Shown: positions 60,001 to 64,000 of the stretch, piece after piece | How the letters are laid out: each line of letters starts with the position of its first letter | How positions within the stretch are numbered: position 1 is the first letter of the stretch | Virus record (IMG/VR): IMGVR_UViG_3300046744_000381 | Location: 64,001-128,000 of that record | Origin: a virus | Strand: one strand, 5' to 3' | Length of the DNA: 64,000 bases | The notes under the pieces: generated by a model | The model's database searches: none | Told to the model about the DNA's origin: nothing | What the model saw: only the letters and a program-made list of their open reading frames with translations | Program-made: the position numbers and the translations under genes

Positions 60001-63000
60001 TGTAGGTATTGAATACCCGGATCCTGGTCCTGCAAGTAATGAACTAATTTATGGAGTTGATCAAGTTCTTGCAAATAAAGCATTTTTACAAGAAGAAACT
60101 GTACAATTTATTAACAATCAATATTTTGTATACAATAGTGCTAAGTGTGAAAGAGATACCGGACTTATTATTGATGCAGCAGCATATGACACATTGCTTG
60201 GTACAAACTACAATGCAGTTACAGCAGGATTATCATATCAAAGAGCAAACAGTGCATATGTTTTAAGTGATCAAAATACAGAAACAATCGGCGGTATTAA
60301 TTTTGCAAAAAGTAGATCCAGTGATGCAACAACACATTCGCCCTCGCAATCAGATGTTGAAGCAGCATTTGACGAAGTAATTGATATTATACAAAACGGT
60401 GCAGTAAGCACACCGCAGGCTGCTGATCCACTTACATTTACAGATCCATCAACTGCATCAACAGCCGAAATAAACACAAAATCTCAATTACAAAATAATA
60501 GAAATTTTATTGCTGCTGAAACAGTTGCTTACATAAATGAGAATTACGTTAATTTTACATATGACAGTTCAAAATGTGAAAGAGATATTGGATTAATATT
60601 AGATGCAATATCAAAAGATGTTGCACTAGGAACAAACTATAATACTGTAACAGCAGGATTAGCCTACTCAAGAGCCACCGCTGCAACTAACAAAGCAGCA
60701 CAAGGTTTACAAACACTCGAATCATTTAAGTTTGCACGTAAAGAAACAATCGAAAAAGGATTAAGTGATACTGGAGAAGCAAGGGCATTAGCATCGTGGA
60801 ATGAAGTTATAGATATATTTGAAAATGGCGTTGTTAGTACAGATACCGCAGCCGATGCTATAACATTTACTACTCCGGTTGGTGCAAGCCAAGATCTAGA
60901 AGATGCAAAAGATCAATTACAAGCAAATAGAGATTTTATTGCAGCTGAGATTGTTGCATATGTAAATGATAACACACCGCCGGCAGGTTATAATCAAACT
61001 AAATGCAATCGTGATGTAAAATATATTGTAGATGGTTTATCACACGATATACTTTATGGTGGTAACTCAGCAACTAGACTAGTAGCAGCTAGTTATTTTG
61101 AAGGTGCAGTAGCACAACTTCCTGTAAACCAGCTAACACCAACTACTAATGCCTATACACACTTAAAAGATACTGTGATTCCAGCAATTATCACAAATAC
61201 TCCACTAACACCTACAACTGGCAACACTGAAACTCAAGACACCACAAACGGTGCAGCAACCGCAACAGAAAGTGCAGCACTTGAATTATTGGTAGATATT
61301 ATTATTGATCACATAAATGGCTACGATAATGTTAATCCGTTAGGTGACGAAGTATTACCAAGTGTTACTTGGTCTACATCAGAACTGCAACAAGATTACA
61401 GCACTATTGTTGCACAGAAGTCAAGTATACAAAGTTTGACAACACAGTTTATTGCAGACACTTTTACTGGATTCAACTTTAATAGCACAAAATGCGATAG
61501 AGATACAAAGTATATTGTTGATGCATTAACATATGATATATTATACGGTGGCAATAGTGCTACGCTTAATGCTGCACGTAGCTATTGGGTAGGTACACAA
61601 ACACAAGTTGAAGGACAAAAAGCAGAAACTGCAACAGCGTTAGAATATACAGCAACTATATTAAATAAAATTATACAAGATCAAGCAGTTGATTATACTT
61701 GGCAATCAAGTGAAGCACAAGATACAACTGCTGGTGCAGGAACTACAACAGAAGCAGCAACCGCAGCTAACTTGTTGCAAATTATACAAGATGTTATAAC
61801 TGACGGTCTAGATAATTTGCCTACAGAAGTCAAGCCAGATTATGCAACATTTGCAAATGCAGATGTGATTGCTGGAGTTAATAATTTATTAACAGAAAAA
61901 GATACTATTGTAGCAGATACAATTACCTATATTAACACAACTTATAATGGATTTAGCTATGATCAAGAAGTATGTAAAAGAGACACAGGCTATATTATTG
62001 ATGCTATTGTACACGATGCTTTCTACGAAGCAAACATTAGCACACTAATAGCAACTCGTGCATACTTCCTAGGTAGTACACAATACTTGCCAAATGAACA
62101 AGTTGCTCCTACAGTAGCAGCATACAACCATTTACAAAGTGTAATTGATGATACTATTCAAGGTGTAGCAGTTATTCCACAGTCAGGAAATAGTCTATCA
62201 CAAGTATTGAGCGGCAATTACGGAAATGCAGCAGTAGGAACAACATTTACAAATTTGATTGGTATATTAAAAACAGCAATAACTAATCAAACTTTAATTG
62301 GAACACCGGCTGAAATTGAACCTAATTATACCTGGATTAACCAAGCAACTAGAGACGCAGCAGAATCATTTTTTGTACAAAAATCGTATTATGAAACAGA
62401 AACAATCAAATACATTGAACAAAATATTTTAGGATTCTCATATAATATTGATAAGTGTAAAAGAGATACAGGTTATATTATTGATGCAGCAATATACGAT
62501 ATGATGTATGGTGGTGATAAACAATCTCGTCGAGCAGCATTAGCATATTATAATGGTGCGATACTTACTGGTATAACAGGCGATTATGGAGATCAAACGG
62601 GTATCACAGCATATGCAAATAAGTATCTTGCTTCAATTGTAAACAAAGTTTCAAAAAATGAAACAGTTACAAAAAGTTTTGGTAACCCAGCAACACAACT
62701 ACTAACCATACCAGATGGAAGTACATTATTAGAAACTGGTGAACTTCCTGGAGCCGAACTAGAATTATTAATTGCTAGGGTTGCTGATGCAATTGAAGCA
62801 AAAACAATGGGCGATTGGTTTGAAAGAGAGCACAATTTAACATTAGGTAATTCAATATTTTTACAAGAACGAAATGCAATACTTGATGCTGAAGACGATA
62901 TTGTTGATAATGCCATTAGTTCATTAAACTTAGTATACGGTGGTATTTTTGATATCAACGTATTCCCTGGTGTTATTAGTGTAACCACAGATAAACTTGC

Positions 63001-64000
63001 AGATTTAAATAATGTTAGTACTGTTAGTACAAGTGGACACGCATTTGAGTATGTCGGTGCTGGTATAACCTACAATGCACTTCCATTCTTTGGCGGTACA
63101 GCAATACCTGAAACTGAGATTGTAGAATCAAATCAAGGTAAAATATTTGCTGGTGGTACAGTTGACCAAATTGGTAACTTTAGAGTTGGTAACTTCTTTG
63201 CTGTTAATGCACTTACAGGTGGTATCAGCTTAAATGCTAATGAAATTGACCTAGAAGGTTTGACAAGTGTTGGTCCGTTTATTAGAAACGGTATTCCAGT
63301 TGGTGTTGAATTAAAAGAGGTTAGTGACAACGAAGCATTGTTATCAAGTTTAGGCACACAAGATTTCCAAACAGCACCTACACAAAGAGCTGTTTCAAAT
63401 TATGTTGAAGCAAGATACTTGAACAAAACAACAGGCGGTGATATTGTTGGCGATGTAAGTATGACAGGAGACTTAGCAGTCAACGGTGATGCAATTACAA
63501 GTACAAATACAAGTTTTGAATTCCTTAATACAGGTGTACAAAGCATAGATATGTTAGCTGCGGCAACCACTATTAATATTGGTGCTGCAACAGGTACTGT
63601 TACAATTAATCCAGATGTTACAATAGAAGGTGTTCTAACTGTTAACGGAAACTTAGTATTTGACGGTGATGTTAATATTAGTATACCAGATGAAACATTA
63701 CAAGCATATAGTATTACTGAAGGCACTGAAGATTATATAAGCATCAATACTAGAGAAGGTGAAGAAGCAATTACATTTGGTGAGCAGCCAAGTGTTATTA
63801 TTGCCAACCAAACAATATCAACAAGCAAAGACACTGGTGCATTAGTTGTAGACGGCGGTGTTGGTGTTGAAGGCAGTGTGTTTATAAACACTGATTTAAC
63901 TGTTACTGCAAACGCAAACCTAGGTGCAGATAGAACTACATCCGAACATACTGTTTCAGGTAAAATAGATATCGATATTCCAGATGATAGTATTAATAAT
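57017..64000 (+). CDS. Giant tail fibre/structural protein (>2328 aa, runs off the right edge) with beta-helix region and tandem CxRD helical repeats
   Basis: ATG at 57017 directly after the previous stop; frame open to base 64000 (...KIDIDIPDDSINN); YVTQDGNDLNDGKS...TILVGPGDFYE pectin-lyase-like start; SGHAFEYVGAG...DQIGNFRVG fibre motif. Confidence 0.85.
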   Translation, partial: MDYFKRQSLHSRLIGDTSVTLTADGEVLIEPSGRKVTIDGDLVVTGNASGSEVTDILYVTQDGNDLNDGKSLGPDGAKATIKSAVASSSPGTTILVGPGDFYESNPITLPDFVTIRGTGDLRNTRIFPRNNTQTIFYMGNGCYLHELTMRGLRYPGWCAEIREGALVTTSPYIQNCTNMNGPWLNDGTEFIPFETVQIPGIEPGAKPLMVEDYPALPSGKQVNDTGGGGGLYVDGNQYDPASLVFSFVADAFTQIAQGGVGFWIDNFGYTQIVSCFSVFCSVGFKTTRGGYLSISNSVSDFGLKGIEADGFYPQAYTTARPQQDYFSTVASVTINTPGANYTSAPTVVIEGPSKVGGVTATATASIDTTSGKLAAVTIQQAGSGYTSVPLISFSGGGATAQATGTINLASNVTVTLNSLRDKPQTGSIIKFEGDPLYYYITGTNQINPPFVYDEVVCRRDLRRIIDAVTADIVLGTSYQSQAAATSYLRATSSKVLSDQLAPTVFGIESARDGMKAETTNLAMEEQIDYLFNIITSTINEGDSSVQPDNQNDIANTLNDLNTIDPARIAAKNNVLENREFIVEEVAAYVNDQFTELSYNQADYTSDMTTLINGIQMFAALESNQQIIRLAQEYEVRTRFKPMLLSSFRFLSEKFEALAEVQASTIALTNVKEGFNQFMNIIDDGDSSANVIVFPEHAGVDSNRADAKDQLQANKNFLTTEFTTFLAAEAPGFSFDVDNYKLDFERIIDAMTFDVLYNGNSSTVLEARYYFDNGADGTLFSDLTPNDRNAIVQSYARMRFVIGRVARGLAVTATTGNGVSQDFTSNNATQSEADFLDTLLFNIEDMIDNVTLDRLPSTLTYPTYGDEPALQVDAANIIEARRNGFITDAISYNLANNPTLTYNQDKCKRDIGYLVDGINRDILLGTNHNSIQAATAYKRANVAYLNSEQKPATILSLKYAKTLGIAAVTTNDLIRDDVSAKWDIILDIIEFDQLPSVGIEYPDPGPASNELIYGVDQVLANKAFLQEETVQFINNQYFVYNSAKCERDTGLIIDAAAYDTLLGTNYNAVTAGLSYQRANSAYVLSDQNTETIGGINFAKSRSSDATTHSPSQSDVEAAFDEVIDIIQNGAVSTPQAADPLTFTDPSTASTAEINTKSQLQNNRNFIAAETVAYINENYVNFTYDSSKCERDIGLILDAISKDVALGTNYNTVTAGLAYSRATAATNKAAQGLQTLESFKFARKETIEKGLSDTGEARALASWNEVIDIFENGVVSTDTAADAITFTTPVGASQDLEDAKDQLQANRDFIAAEIVAYVNDNTPPAGYNQTKCNRDVKYIVDGLSHDILYGGNSATRLVAASYFEGAVAQLPVNQLTPTTNAYTHLKDTVIPAIITNTPLTPTTGNTETQDTTNGAATATESAALELLVDIIIDHINGYDNVNPLGDEVLPSVTWSTSELQQDYSTIVAQKSSIQSLTTQFIADTFTGFNFNSTKCDRDTKYIVDALTYDILYGGNSATLNAARSYWVGTQTQVEGQKAETATALEYTATILNKIIQDQAVDYTWQSSEAQDTTAGAGTTTEAATAANLLQIIQDVITDGLDNLPTEVKPDYATFANADVIAGVNNLLTEKDTIVADTITYINTTYNGFSYDQEVCKRDTGYIIDAIVHDAFYEANISTLIATRAYFLGSTQYLPNEQVAPTVAAYNHLQSVIDDTIQGVAVIPQSGNSLSQVLSGNYGNAAVGTTFTNLIGILKTAITNQTLIGTPAEIEPNYTWINQATRDAAESFFVQKSYYETETIKYIEQNILGFSYNIDKCKRDTGYIIDAAIYDMMYGGDKQSRRAALAYYNGAILTGITGDYGDQTGITAYANKYLASIVNKVSKNETVTKSFGNPATQLLTIPDGSTLLETGELPGAELELLIARVADAIEAKTMGDWFEREHNLTLGNSIFLQERNAILDAEDDIVDNAISSLNLVYGGIFDINVFPGVISVTTDKLADLNNVSTVSTSGHAFEYVGAGITYNALPFFGGTAIPETEIVESNQGKIFAGGTVDQIGNFRVGNFFAVNALTGGISLNANEIDLEGLTSVGPFIRNGIPVGVELKEVSDNEALLSSLGTQDFQTAPTQRAVSNYVEARYLNKTTGGDIVGDVSMTGDLAVNGDAITSTNTSFEFLNTGVQSIDMLAAATTINIGAATGTVTINPDVTIEGVLTVNGNLVFDGDVNISIPDETLQAYSITEGTEDYISINTREGEEAITFGEQPSVIIANQTISTSKDTGALVVDGGVGVEGSVFINTDLTVTANANLGADRTTSEHTVSGKIDIDIPDDSINN
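58360..62900 (+). repeat. About ten ~140-165-aa protein repeats, eight with C-x-R-D
   Basis: Cys codons at 58385, 59732, 60146, 60575, 61004, 61493, 61973, 62456; Cys-less copies near 58820 and 59230. Confidence 0.85.

Noticed and set aside
1-64000. Stop codon reassignment
   Set aside because: Genes are full length in the standard code, and TAA, TAG and TGA all serve as stops.
57017-64000. Apparent 7-kb gene-poor region in the ORF track
   Set aside because: Artefact: one open plus-strand frame lacks a stop inside the window; the short ORFs listed there are shadows.

Overview
AT-rich, densely coding fragment of a large T4-superfamily myophage (standard genetic code; architecture with a >4,500-aa baseplate protein and a ~390-aa major capsid protein is reminiscent of jumbo T4-like phages). 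Left half (minus strand): baseplate/hub genes (gp48/54-, gp53-, gp5-, gp25-, gp6-like), a 4592-aa structural protein, paralogous fibre genes, then a sigma70-promoted glycosyltransferase/radical-SAM operon. Middle: gp55 late sigma, gp47/gp46 nuclease, a small GIY-YIG nuclease and a ~500-bp structured non-coding region. Right half: a gp26-like gene with a hidden -1 frameshift extension, tape measure, portal, prohead core/protease/scaffold, major capsid, a cold-shock-domain gene, a self-contained structured ncRNA, and a >2328-aa fibre ORF missing from the ORF track (no stop before the window end). That fibre carries about ten tandem ~140-165-aa repeats, eight with a C-x-R-D motif in the register of the bilin-attachment helix of phycobiliproteins. 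This is the most striking observation. All assignments come from motif recognition by eye; no database searches were run.
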